Assembly (NCBI RefSeq): GCF_003966335.1
Contig: NZ_CP034549.1
Location: forward strand, 2,370,001-2,402,000
Origin: Nonlabens ponticola
Lineage (GTDB): Bacteria > Bacteroidota > Bacteroidia > Flavobacteriales > Flavobacteriaceae
DNA: 32,000 bases
Reading direction: 5' to 3'
Of this stretch, positions 9,588 through 18,596 are shown one piece after another (the stretch's first letter is position 1; each line of letters opens with the position of its first letter). A program made the translations under genes and the position numbers. The notes below the pieces were generated by a model. The model saw nothing but the letters and a program-made list of their open reading frames with translations. It had not been told where the DNA came from and made no database searches.

Positions 9588-10889
9588 ATGAAAAAAATTT
9601 TATTATCAGCGTTCTTGCTAGCAAGTGTGACTGCATTTGCACAAGACACTATGAACGATGACAACGATCAAAGAGATCGTGAAGAGATTCCTTACAATCA
9701 GTGGTCTTTAGACTTCGGAATTGGAGCACATCACCCACACAACCTTACCGCTCCAGGATTTTTTGTAAACAACCCATCTTTCTTCTCAGGAGATTTAGGT
9801 GTTCGTTATATGATTAACGACAAATTCGGTATCAATTTAGATTTAGGTTTAAATTACTTTGAAAATGCTGATAAAGAAGAAGATCAAAGTGGTGAATTTC
9901 AAACTAACGCTTACCGTGCTGGTCTTGAAGGTGTAGTAAATGTTGGTACAATCCTAGGCTTTAGAGAGTGGACTGATACTTTTAATGTATTGGGTCATGG
10001 TGGTATCGGTATGACAGCAATAAGATTTGATGAGGATATTAACGATGAAACTGACTGGACTGGTCATTTTATTGTAGGTATAACTCCACAAATTAAACTA
10101 TCTGATAATTTTGCCTTGAACCTAGACGCAAGCATAGTTGGATATCTGTCAACTGACGCATCTCTCGATGGTACTCGTGAACAAGCCCGTACTGATTTTG
10201 ATGGTTTTGTATCTAACTATACAATCGGTTTAAATTGGTACCTAGGAAATAAAGAAGTTCATGCAGACTGGTATAATGGATCAGAAAGCGCGCGCATCAG
10301 CGAACTTGAAGAAAGAGTAGCTACTCTAGAAACTAACAATGCGGATGATGATCAAGATGGTGTACCTAATTACCTAGACCGTGACAACACTACTGAAAGT
10401 GGTGTACGGGTAGACAATAAAGGTCGTGCTCTTGACGTAAACAAGAACGGTATTCCTGATGATATGGAAAGCGCTCTTGACAGCCGTTATGCTAAAAAAG
10501 GTGCTATTGCTTCTGGCGCTAATGGAGTAGATGGTGATGGCTTGATCAAGCAATTGATCAACGATGGTTATGTGAATGTTTACTTTGAGTTTAACAGCAC
10601 AAAGCCAACCCAATACTCTCTATCTTCTATCAATTTCCTAGCAACGTACTTGAGAGACAATCCTGAAGTTTCTGCTACGCTAACAGGTTATGCTGATGAG
10701 ATTGGTTCTGAGGATTACAACAAAAACTTATCTGAGCGTAGAGCTAAGATGGTTAACGATATCCTAGTAGCAACTGGTGTTGATGCAAGTCGTTTATCTT
10801 ACAATGGTGAAGGCGAAGATGATAGCGTAGAGAAATCAAGCTCACAAGCTAGACAACTGGTACGCAGAGTGAAGTTCCAAGTGAATTAA
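9588..10889 (+). CDS. OmpA-family outer-membrane protein with thrombospondin type-3 (Ca-binding) repeats
   Basis: 433 aa. Signal peptide MKKILLSAFLLASVTAFAQ, a beta-rich N-terminal half, DDDQDGVPNYLDRDN and DVNKNGIPDD TSP3-like repeats, and a C-terminal OmpA domain (VYFEFNSTKP...LTGYADEIGSEDYNKNLSERRAKMV). Confidence 0.9.
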   Translation: MKKILLSAFLLASVTAFAQDTMNDDNDQRDREEIPYNQWSLDFGIGAHHPHNLTAPGFFVNNPSFFSGDLGVRYMINDKFGINLDLGLNYFENADKEEDQSGEFQTNAYRAGLEGVVNVGTILGFREWTDTFNVLGHGGIGMTAIRFDEDINDETDWTGHFIVGITPQIKLSDNFALNLDASIVGYLSTDASLDGTREQARTDFDGFVSNYTIGLNWYLGNKEVHADWYNGSESARISELEERVATLETNNADDDQDGVPNYLDRDNTTESGVRVDNKGRALDVNKNGIPDDMESALDSRYAKKGAIASGANGVDGDGLIKQLINDGYVNVYFEFNSTKPTQYSLSSINFLATYLRDNPEVSATLTGYADEIGSEDYNKNLSERRAKMVNDILVATGVDASRLSYNGEGEDDSVEKSSSQARQLVRRVKFQVN

Positions 10890-10912
10890 TTCACATCAAC
10901 AAATAATTTTAA

Positions 10913-10938
10913 AGGGTCGCGATAGCGACCCTTTTTTT
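10913..10938 (+). terminator. Rho-independent terminator of the OmpA-family gene
   Basis: AGGGTCGC-GATA-GCGACCCT gives a perfect 8-bp GC-rich stem and a 4-nt loop, followed by TTTTTTT. It lies 24 nt after the stop codon. Confidence 0.85.
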
Positions 10939-11065
10939 ATGCTCCAGATTTAAATCCTTACACTCAATTGAAAATTATTTACGGCTTAAAATGCAAGTTC
11001 TATTTGAGTTTGTAGAACTCTAAAAGTCTAATGACGAGTAGGAAATATTAGTATTGAATGTACAC

Positions 11066-11079
11066 GCTTCCGCGAAAGC
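11066..11079. repeat. Iterated palindrome, degenerate copy 2 (GCTTCCGCGAAAGC, one mismatch), intergenic
   Basis: 13 of 14 positions match (T>C at position 5). It also carries the AC 5' flank seen in other copies. Confidence 0.7.
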
Positions 11080-11318
11080 TATATAAACAAAAACATACTA
11101 ACAACATCCATTGATTACTGTAATCTACCTTGAGCTGCTATACTGCCAGAACCTAAATAGTAGTCTCATTGCAAACAAGAAAGAGATATATTATTTAAGA
11201 TTGAATATTTATAGCAATAGCTGTTGTTTATGATACCTAACGCTTGATAAGAACGTACAGCTGCTAGAAAATGTCAAAATATGATAATATTCCTTAAAAG
11301 AAAGATCACTACCAATAA

Positions 11319-11350
11319 ACACTTCACTTGTTGAATTATTCTTGAAGTGT
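11319..11350 (-). terminator. Weak candidate terminator downstream of dsbD
   Basis: ACACTTCA...TGAAGTGT gives an 8-bp stem, but the loop is 16 nt. On the minus strand it is followed by TTTATT. Confidence 0.25.
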
Positions 11351-11422
11351 CAACCTCTCTTGAATCATAGTCAACACGACGAAAAAAGATATTTATAAGA
11401 GCTCTTTGCTTATCAATCTATG

Positions 11423-13456
11423 CTATTCAATTGCTTTAAGCAACCAGTCACGATATTCAACAGCATCTGGCGTGTAGCCAATAGGATCTGTGAGATTACC
11501 ACCATTAGAATCTACAATTACATAAAACGGCTGTGCGTTCACCTGATATTTTTCTATCTGCAAATCGCTCCATCTATTTCCAACGGTTCTGATCTTCTTA
11601 CCTGTTGTTTGTGATTCGTATTGATCTTCTTTAGCCAGTTTTTTTTGCTCATCAACATAAAGTGAAATTAATACTACCTCGTTTTTGAGTATTTGAAGAA
11701 CTTCATCATTTGACCACACGCGCTCTTCCATCTTGCGGCAATTCACACACGCCCAGCCGGTGAAATCAATCAAGGCAGGTTTACTGACTTTTGATGCATA
11801 AGCCAGACCTGCTTCATAATCATCAAAGGCTATTAAGTTGTGAACTGTAAAATGGGCTCCTTCAGGTAATTCAATTTCTGCAGTATTTGATGACACGCCT
11901 AGTCCATACGGCGATTCACTATAAGTCATCGGTGGTGGGAAACCACTGATGAGTTTTAAAGGTGCACCCCATAATCCTGGAATTAGATATAAAGTAAAGC
12001 ACAGAGCCAGTATTCCTAATAACAGTCTACCTACTGATATGAAACTGTCTTTATCGTCGTGCGGCAACCTGATCTTACCCAAAAGATAAAATGCCATCAC
12101 TCCAAAAATCGCAATCCAGATGGCGATAAAGACTTCGCGCTCTAACAAACCAGCCTGCCATACTAAATCTGCATTAGAAAGAAATTTAAATGCAAAAGCC
12201 AATTCTAAAAACCCTAGAAACACTTTGACCGTGTTGAGCCAGCCTCCAGACTTAGGTAGCTTATTCAAGTAACTCGGGAAAATGGCAAAAAACGCAAATG
12301 GTATTCCCAACCCGATACCAAATCCAGCCAGACCAACACTCAAAGCTGTCGCGCCACCATCAGAAGTCAAAACGCTTCCTAAAACCGCACCAATCACAGG
12401 TCCAGTGCATGAAAATGACACCAGCACCAGCGTCAACGCCATAAAGAATACACCTATAACACCACCAATATTAGAAGCTCCATCAACTTTGTTGACCCAC
12501 GAATTAGGAACCGTAATTTCAAAAGCTCCAAAAAAGCTTATGGCAAAAACCACAAAAATCAAGAAGAAGAAAATATTTACATAAGGGTTAGTGCTAAACT
12601 CATTAAAAACATCGGGCGAGACTGATTCAAATAAATGGAATGGTAAACTACAGGCAACATAAATCAATAGGATAAATACACCGTACATCAATCCAGACAA
12701 CTTGCCTTTACTACTATTCTCAGACTGTTTAGTAAAGAATGAAACAGTCATCGGTATCATGGGATACACACATGGTGTGAGTAGAGCGCCAAACCCAGCT
12801 AGCAAACACAGAATAAAAATGGTCGCTAGACCGTCATCATCTTTAATATCAGTTTGAGAAACATTTGAGGTATCCTCGTCTTGCTCTTTCTTGCTAATAG
12901 TTTCCTCAAGGGTTGGAATCTGGGCAATGGTCGGTGAAAGATCGTTATCATAATACGTATCAATGATGAGACTTGCATCTTCACCAACTACGACATTTGG
13001 TTTCAACTTGAAAATCAGAACCTCTGGTGAGGCTGGCAGGCATCGCTCATCATCACATACCATAAATTCAACCTCGGCAATGATATAATCTAGCTGTTCA
13101 TTTATAAGTTCGATATTTTGAGTAAAAACAGCTTTGTTATCAAATTGATAAACATCTGCACCCCAAATGTCTGAGTACTCCGCATAGGTGCCACTCTCAT
13201 TCGTTGGCCCGACTAGGCTGTAGTTATCAGGCTGATCATAATATTTAAACTGTGTAGGTATGGGACTTGGGAACGCATCAACAGGAATTTGAGAGTACAT
13301 GTGCCATCCATCTTCCAGTATGGCTGTGCTCTTTAAAGAATATTCCTTATCGCTAATTTTCTCAACCGTAGTCGTCCATTCTGTAGGATCACTTAATTGA
13401 GCGCCAGCATAGCTAGATATCAATAAAAAAACTAATGCTGTTACCAGTCTAATCAT
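11423..13456 (-). CDS. dsbD: Thiol:disulfide interchange protein / protein-disulfide reductase, DsbD family
   Basis: 677 aa. Signal peptide, N-terminal periplasmic domain, TM core with LTPCVYPMIP and SFSCTGP cysteines, and a C-terminal thioredoxin fold with WACVNCRKME (CxxC). Confidence 0.9.
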   Translation of the reverse strand: MIRLVTALVFLLISSYAGAQLSDPTEWTTTVEKISDKEYSLKSTAILEDGWHMYSQIPVDAFPSPIPTQFKYYDQPDNYSLVGPTNESGTYAEYSDIWGADVYQFDNKAVFTQNIELINEQLDYIIAEVEFMVCDDERCLPASPEVLIFKLKPNVVVGEDASLIIDTYYDNDLSPTIAQIPTLEETISKKEQDEDTSNVSQTDIKDDDGLATIFILCLLAGFGALLTPCVYPMIPMTVSFFTKQSENSSKGKLSGLMYGVFILLIYVACSLPFHLFESVSPDVFNEFSTNPYVNIFFFLIFVVFAISFFGAFEITVPNSWVNKVDGASNIGGVIGVFFMALTLVLVSFSCTGPVIGAVLGSVLTSDGGATALSVGLAGFGIGLGIPFAFFAIFPSYLNKLPKSGGWLNTVKVFLGFLELAFAFKFLSNADLVWQAGLLEREVFIAIWIAIFGVMAFYLLGKIRLPHDDKDSFISVGRLLLGILALCFTLYLIPGLWGAPLKLISGFPPPMTYSESPYGLGVSSNTAEIELPEGAHFTVHNLIAFDDYEAGLAYASKVSKPALIDFTGWACVNCRKMEERVWSNDEVLQILKNEVVLISLYVDEQKKLAKEDQYESQTTGKKIRTVGNRWSDLQIEKYQVNAQPFYVIVDSNGGNLTDPIGYTPDAVEYRDWLLKAIE

Positions 13457-14783
13457 TCAATGAAATTTTGAGTATTCGTCGTGTCCTATCGGTAATGGAA
13501 CCGTGCATAGCAGACCTCAAACCTACTAGCCATAAAATTGTATCGCCTTGTTTGAGAACCATGCTTCTGCGTTTGTCCACCTGCGAGACTTTAATATCGA
13601 TAAGTAAGTCACTTATCAATTTTGAACCTTTCATACCATAGGGTTTCATGCGATCACCTTGCTCCCAAATTTTTAAAGTTAATGGAAATTCTAGCTGATC
13701 CAGATCAAGAAGTAATTGATTTTTATCCAGACCATTATCAAGTAAATCTGTTGCCAATTCTTTACCCAATTCCTCGATCTCCATTGTACCGTGTGATGTC
13801 GCGATAACTGTGTCGTTCTCATTAATGGTATAAACTGCATTCACCGCATTATCAACTGCTGATAGTATTAAATGTTCCCGATCCTTGAGTAGCTCGTGAG
13901 TTTCGCTAATCAATCGTTTACCACTTTGCGCGTCTAGTAATTCAAGTAAAGCCTCGCTATCATTAAATCCATACCTATTCAATAGGTGATAGAGCAATTC
14001 ACCAGCTTGTTCATGAAGCTTTATTGCCTCAATATCTAATAATAATTCAGCGTTTTTTTGGGTAGTTACGCTTTCGCGAAAGCGTAACACGGCACCTTCC
14101 ACAATACTCATCGCAGCATCTAGATAGAACAAGCTTTTTGCAAAGTTGCCTCTCAATTGCGGCAAAGCCTGATGTAATGCTGGCAACACCTCATTGCGCA
14201 GACTGTTGCGCATGTACTTGTTGGATCGATTGCTTGAATCTTCTCGACATTTAATAGCATTAGCCTTTGCGTACTCCTGAATTTGTTGTCTACTGAAAGT
14301 CAATAGCGGTCTGTAAACGAGATCAGTCACGGCAGGAATTCCTGTGAGGCCTTTCAAGCCAGTTCCGCGATTAAGGTTTATGAGAAACGTCTCTAATTGA
14401 TCATCCAGATGATGAGCGGTGACCACCTTATCATAATTATGCTGCTTGCAAATTTCTTGAAACCATTCATATCTCAAATCGCGAGCGGCCATTTGGGTCG
14501 ATATACCACGCTGGCTGGCTATTTTTAAAGTATCAAAGTCAGTTTTATGAAATTTGACACCTAGCTGATGAGCTAGATTCTCGACAAACCATGCATCATT
14601 ATCGCTCTCATCACCACGCAACTTAAAATTGCAATGTGCCACGGCAAAATCTACGTTGATTCTCTTGAGCAAATGAGCCAATACCACACTATCCAGTCCA
14701 CCACTTACAGCAAGCAAGATCTTTTGCTTTAAAAGCTTTGGAAAGTGTTGATCAATATGTAATGAAAAGTCTTCTACCATCAT
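13449..14783 (-). CDS. tilS: tRNA(Ile)-lysidine synthase
   Basis: 444 aa. PP-loop LLAVSGGLDSVVL and the HHLDDQLETFL motif. Its stop overlaps the dsbD start by 8 nt. Confidence 0.9.
   Translation of the reverse strand: MMVEDFSLHIDQHFPKLLKQKILLAVSGGLDSVVLAHLLKRINVDFAVAHCNFKLRGDESDNDAWFVENLAHQLGVKFHKTDFDTLKIASQRGISTQMAARDLRYEWFQEICKQHNYDKVVTAHHLDDQLETFLINLNRGTGLKGLTGIPAVTDLVYRPLLTFSRQQIQEYAKANAIKCREDSSNRSNKYMRNSLRNEVLPALHQALPQLRGNFAKSLFYLDAAMSIVEGAVLRFRESVTTQKNAELLLDIEAIKLHEQAGELLYHLLNRYGFNDSEALLELLDAQSGKRLISETHELLKDREHLILSAVDNAVNAVYTINENDTVIATSHGTMEIEELGKELATDLLDNGLDKNQLLLDLDQLEFPLTLKIWEQGDRMKPYGMKGSKLISDLLIDIKVSQVDKRRSMVLKQGDTILWLVGLRSAMHGSITDRTRRILKISLND
14065..14088. repeat. Iterated palindrome copy 3, longest form: perfect 24-bp palindrome GTTACGCTTTCGCGAAAGCGTAAC inside tilS
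   Basis: The 14-mer core is at 14070-14083 and symmetric GTTAC/GTAAC flanks extend it. It is read as ..VLRFRESVT.. in TilS. Confidence 0.95.
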
Positions 14784-14789
14784 TCAAAA

Positions 14790-16103
14790 CTAATCAATCT
14801 CAACACCTTGTGATTTAAGTACCTGGATCAATGCATTAGCCTTTAAAAAGCACTCGTTATATTCTTTTTCTGGAATGGCTTCTATGGTGATCGCGCTGCC
14901 CACGCTAATGGTTGCTATTTTTTCTTGAGCATTATAAAGTATGGTACGTATCACGACATTGAAATCAAAATCTGCATCGGGTGTAAAGTAGCCCACCGCG
15001 CCGCTGTAAACGCCACGTTTAAAACTTTCCTGCTCTTCAACAATTTTCATCGCGCTGATCTTAGGCGCACCAGTCATGCTTCCCATGGGAAATGTGGCCT
15101 TAATCGCATCGATAGCATTATGTTGTGGTTTCAGTCTCGCTTGAACAGTACTTATCATATGATGCACTTGTTCAAAGGTGTGAATGCCATATAGCTCACT
15201 TACCTCAACACTGCCTCTTGTGGCAACTCTTGATAAATCGTTACGCACTAGATCAACAATCATCACATTTTCAGACCGCTCTTTCTGGTTTTGAAGCAAT
15301 TGGTTCTTTAGTTTCTCGTCCTCGGCCGTATCGGCTGATCTTGCCGCGGTTCCTTTAATAGGTTGAGACACGAGTAGATTTCCTTCTTTTTTCAAGTAGC
15401 GTTCTGGGCTGGCGCTAATGATGTAATGCTCTTCAAATCTTGCGTAAGCCGCAAATGGTGGTTTACTACTTTTATTCAGTTCCTGATAAGCCTGAATGGA
15501 ATCGAGTACTACATCTTGAGCTACAAACTGAGTGCACAAATTAGCCTCATAGATATCACCTCGCTGGATGTGTTCTAGAAATTGGTAAGCCTTAGCGAGG
15601 TATTCTTCTTTTGTATCAATGGGAACCAACCTGCCTTGAGTCCTAGTACTCTTCTCTTCATTAAGATTACTAGACGATATATCGCTCAGCAGATTTGCAT
15701 GATCTGATCTCTCATCATTAAACGAGTGAAAAATGATGGATTGACCATTTAGTTCAATGACCAATTCTGGAATAAAGAATTGCAAATCTGGAAATTTGAG
15801 GACATCAATATTGTTACTATGCAATGGCTCCAGCTCGTTCTTGAGGTCATAACCTAAGTACCCAAACATCCAATCTTCATGTGAGGCTTGAAAGGATTCT
15901 GCTTTCGCGAAAGCGGAACCAACATCACACCTTAAAACATCTATCGCGCCGATGGCCACAAGACAATTATAGCTGGACTTGAAAGCATGGTTACTATCCA
16001 GCAACATGAAGTATTCCTGAGAGGAATAAAATGACAGCAATTGCTGCTTGAATTGAGCAGTCTCTGGCAATTCAAATGTATGTGAGTAACGCTGATTGTG
16101 CAC
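14790..16103 (-). CDS. pabB: Aminodeoxychorismate synthase component I (chorismate-binding enzyme; PabB/TrpE family)
   Basis: 437 aa. SQPIKGTAARS, MTGAPKISAM and RGVYSGAVGYF chorismate-utilising motifs. No adjacent trp genes. GTG start; see the finding on start-site uncertainty. Confidence 0.8.
   Translation of the reverse strand: MHNQRYSHTFELPETAQFKQQLLSFYSSQEYFMLLDSNHAFKSSYNCLVAIGAIDVLRCDVGSAFAKAESFQASHEDWMFGYLGYDLKNELEPLHSNNIDVLKFPDLQFFIPELVIELNGQSIIFHSFNDERSDHANLLSDISSSNLNEEKSTRTQGRLVPIDTKEEYLAKAYQFLEHIQRGDIYEANLCTQFVAQDVVLDSIQAYQELNKSSKPPFAAYARFEEHYIISASPERYLKKEGNLLVSQPIKGTAARSADTAEDEKLKNQLLQNQKERSENVMIVDLVRNDLSRVATRGSVEVSELYGIHTFEQVHHMISTVQARLKPQHNAIDAIKATFPMGSMTGAPKISAMKIVEEQESFKRGVYSGAVGYFTPDADFDFNVVIRTILYNAQEKIATISVGSAITIEAIPEKEYNECFLKANALIQVLKSQGVEID
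15901..15914. repeat. Iterated palindrome copy 4, inside pabB
   Basis: Exact 14-mer, read as SAFAKAE. Confidence 0.95.
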
Positions 16104-16210
16104 GCTGCAAAGGTACTCGCGATTGATGAGATTATAAGAGTCTCAAATGGAAAACCCGATGCAGCAAGTCAGCAATATCGGGCTATGAGTTCAGTTGATT
16201 TTTTATGCTT

Positions 16211-18460
16211 TTAGAAACGATATTGTAGGGATCCTCGAATAAAGAACGGTGTTCCTGGCGTGAAGTGAATTTCTTCTACAGATTCGGCTTCGGTGCTTAG
16301 TCGTGATTCTGTGGCAAATTGGGTCTCGTTCCATTCAATATCAAATAGATTTTGAACAGCGACGCCCAATCTCAAGTTATTGGTGAGGTCATAATTTACA
16401 TTGAGGTCTGAGACGAAATAACCTTCGGCAACGATGCTGTTGTCTTCATTTGCAGCACGGTCTGCGATATATCTGTATCTAAATCCTGCATTAAAGCCTT
16501 TATAATCGCGCAGACTCAAACCACCAGTCGCAGTCCATTCTGGAGCAAGCGGTATGAAATCCTCGCCGTCTGGCTCATTGATCGCTCTTGCGTGTGCATA
16601 GTTTAAATTGCTATCAAGAAATAGATGATCTGTCATTTGATAACGCACACCTAGATCGAATCCATAACGTTGTGTCTCGCCGCTAGGCTCAACAATACCA
16701 GCATCACCTACATAAACAAATTCTTGTTCTAGGAACAAATACCACAAAGCGGTATTCACGATGAGCCGATCTACTGGTTTCCACACGGCACCTAGATCTG
16801 AACCATAGGAAAGTGGCAGTATATCATCTGCAGTTTGTTGCAAGACCACTCTGGTATCGTTGCTATGAAATCCTATACCATTTTTAAAATAAAGCTGTAA
16901 ATCGTCGCTCACTTTGTAATTAAAATTAAGCTTGGGCAACAGGGCGCTCTCACTTTGATCTTGAGTGTCATACTGAGCGGTCAATGCGTCCTTATATGTG
17001 AATTTGAAACGCTCAAAACGTAATCCAGCATCAATTAAAAAATCATTGAGATACCAGGTAGCACCGATAAAGGCAGATGTATTAGTCTCATTGATATCAC
17101 CCAACTGTATATTCTCTAGCGTTGACCTGCGATTGAGTGTTCTAGAAAGCTCACTACCTTCTGTGCGATCGTTTCTTAACCGCACGCCTGCTGTGAGATC
17201 AAGCTGGTGATCCGATAAATTTGTAGTATACGTATATGCTGCATCAACGCCTGCTAGATCTCTTGACTCTTGTTGTCTTATCTGATCACCATTAATAGGA
17301 TCTTCTAGGAAAAATGTGAAGTTTGAAAAGAGCAAAAAGTTATAGCGCGAATAGTAAGCATGTGTACTGAGTTTCTCGTTATCGCTAAGTGACGTCTCAT
17401 AATTCAAATTGACATCAGTGCGTGATGTCTCACCACCTTCTGTATCATCGATAGCGCCAAATCGTCCTATCAGACCACGATCTACGGCTCGTTGTGGTAT
17501 CTGGCCGCTGGCGTCCCATTCACTATCAAATCGGGAAACACTTACCGACAATTCATCTCCATTGTCAGCAATGTGATTGAGTTTACCGAATAAATTAATG
17601 CGATCAAAATTTTGCGGACTATCAAATGGCCCATCAAAGGTCAAATACTCTGTCGCGAGATAGGCGCTGGTATTTTGATTGTCCAACACTTGGACTAAGC
17701 CTACAAATCTCTGGTAGTTAAAATCGCCAATCTCTGCACTGATGATATTTTCTCGCACAAAGTCCTTAGTACGAAAATCTACATGGCCAGCCGTCGCAAA
17801 ATTACCTACTGACTTGTCATAGCTACCTTTACCGTAAGAAATATTCTCGATGGTTTCTGGAATAACGAAGTGCAAATCTGCGTAACCTTGACCGTGAGCG
17901 TGCGAGACCATGTTTGCTGGCATTCCATCTACACTTATCGCTACATCAGTACCATGATCAATGTCAAAACCTCTCAAGAACAACTGTTCTGCCTTACCGC
18001 CACCAGCGTGTTGACCTATGAATAGTCCAGGAACGGCTCGCAGTACTTCTTGCGAAGATGTTACGGGATTGATCTCAAGATCGGCTTCTGTAATCGTATT
18101 CAATATATCGACCTCGTTGGTAATATTCACCGCGTCAAGATCTACTGATGATCTTGACAAGACAATTTGTAGCACTTCAGATTCATCGGTCACCGCTTTC
18201 GCGAAAGCGGAATAACCCAATCTCGTAAACATCAATTCATCACCTTCTTCTACATCATCAATTTTGAAAAAACCCTTGTTGTTAGTATGTGTGTGCGAAC
18301 CTGATGGCTCATGATACACGTAAACATCCTTAATAGGTCTCCCATTCTCGTCCATTACATAACCAGTAATAGTGTGGGCTAAAGCTAATTGAGTAAAGAA
18401 TAGAAAAGCGAAAAACAAAAAAGCAGATTTCTTTTTCAATAGGTAGGTTGGTGACTGCAT
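16211..18460 (-). CDS. TonB-dependent outer-membrane receptor with a carboxypeptidase-regulatory-like N-terminal domain
   Basis: 749 aa. Signal peptide, ITGYVMDENGRPIKDVYVY (CarboxypepD_reg-like), plug region (LRAVPGLFIGQHAGGGKAEQLFLRGFD), a long beta-barrel and the terminal ...GSLQYRF aromatic residue. Confidence 0.85.
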   Translation of the reverse strand: MQSPTYLLKKKSAFLFFAFLFFTQLALAHTITGYVMDENGRPIKDVYVYHEPSGSHTHTNNKGFFKIDDVEEGDELMFTRLGYSAFAKAVTDESEVLQIVLSRSSVDLDAVNITNEVDILNTITEADLEINPVTSSQEVLRAVPGLFIGQHAGGGKAEQLFLRGFDIDHGTDVAISVDGMPANMVSHAHGQGYADLHFVIPETIENISYGKGSYDKSVGNFATAGHVDFRTKDFVRENIISAEIGDFNYQRFVGLVQVLDNQNTSAYLATEYLTFDGPFDSPQNFDRINLFGKLNHIADNGDELSVSVSRFDSEWDASGQIPQRAVDRGLIGRFGAIDDTEGGETSRTDVNLNYETSLSDNEKLSTHAYYSRYNFLLFSNFTFFLEDPINGDQIRQQESRDLAGVDAAYTYTTNLSDHQLDLTAGVRLRNDRTEGSELSRTLNRRSTLENIQLGDINETNTSAFIGATWYLNDFLIDAGLRFERFKFTYKDALTAQYDTQDQSESALLPKLNFNYKVSDDLQLYFKNGIGFHSNDTRVVLQQTADDILPLSYGSDLGAVWKPVDRLIVNTALWYLFLEQEFVYVGDAGIVEPSGETQRYGFDLGVRYQMTDHLFLDSNLNYAHARAINEPDGEDFIPLAPEWTATGGLSLRDYKGFNAGFRYRYIADRAANEDNSIVAEGYFVSDLNVNYDLTNNLRLGVAVQNLFDIEWNETQFATESRLSTEAESVEEIHFTPGTPFFIRGSLQYRF
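18193..18210. repeat. Iterated palindrome copy 5, inside the TonB-dependent receptor gene (18-bp perfect palindrome CCGCTTTCGCGAAAGCGG)
   Basis: The 14-mer core is at 18195-18208, read as SAFAKAV. Confidence 0.95.
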
Positions 18461-18546
18461 TAGATAATAATTGTTAGGTCAAAGTACGTTCCTAAAAAGG
18501 TTGTGGTTTGAATTCTATGGTTAAGAAACGATTAAATGACGCACAT

Positions 18547-18575
18547 AAAAAAACAGCCAGTCTCTCGACTGGCTG
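18547..18575 (-). terminator. Rho-independent terminator of lpd
   Basis: On the minus strand, CAGCCAGTC-GAGA-GACTGGCTG gives a 9-bp stem followed by TTTTTTT. It lies 22 nt downstream of the lpd stop. Confidence 0.8.
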
Positions 18576-18596
18576 AGTAAAATATTTCAAAAAAGT

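Noticed and set aside
10290-10480. Possible tandem DNA repeat in the OmpA-family gene
   Set aside because: The repetition is at the protein level only (D-x-D-x-D-G-x-P-D type thrombospondin-3 calcium-binding repeats). The nucleotide sequences are not tandemly repeated.
12282-12584. 100-aa plus-strand ORF antisense to dsbD, together with the similar antisense ORFs at 3586-3925, 8593-9324, 19213-19829, 20825-21294, 22876-24587, 27727-29007 and 30154-30876
   Set aside because: Each is nested in the opposite strand of a strongly supported conserved gene, and each has a low-complexity or Pro/Ser/Thr-rich translation. These are typical shadow ORFs with no independent support.
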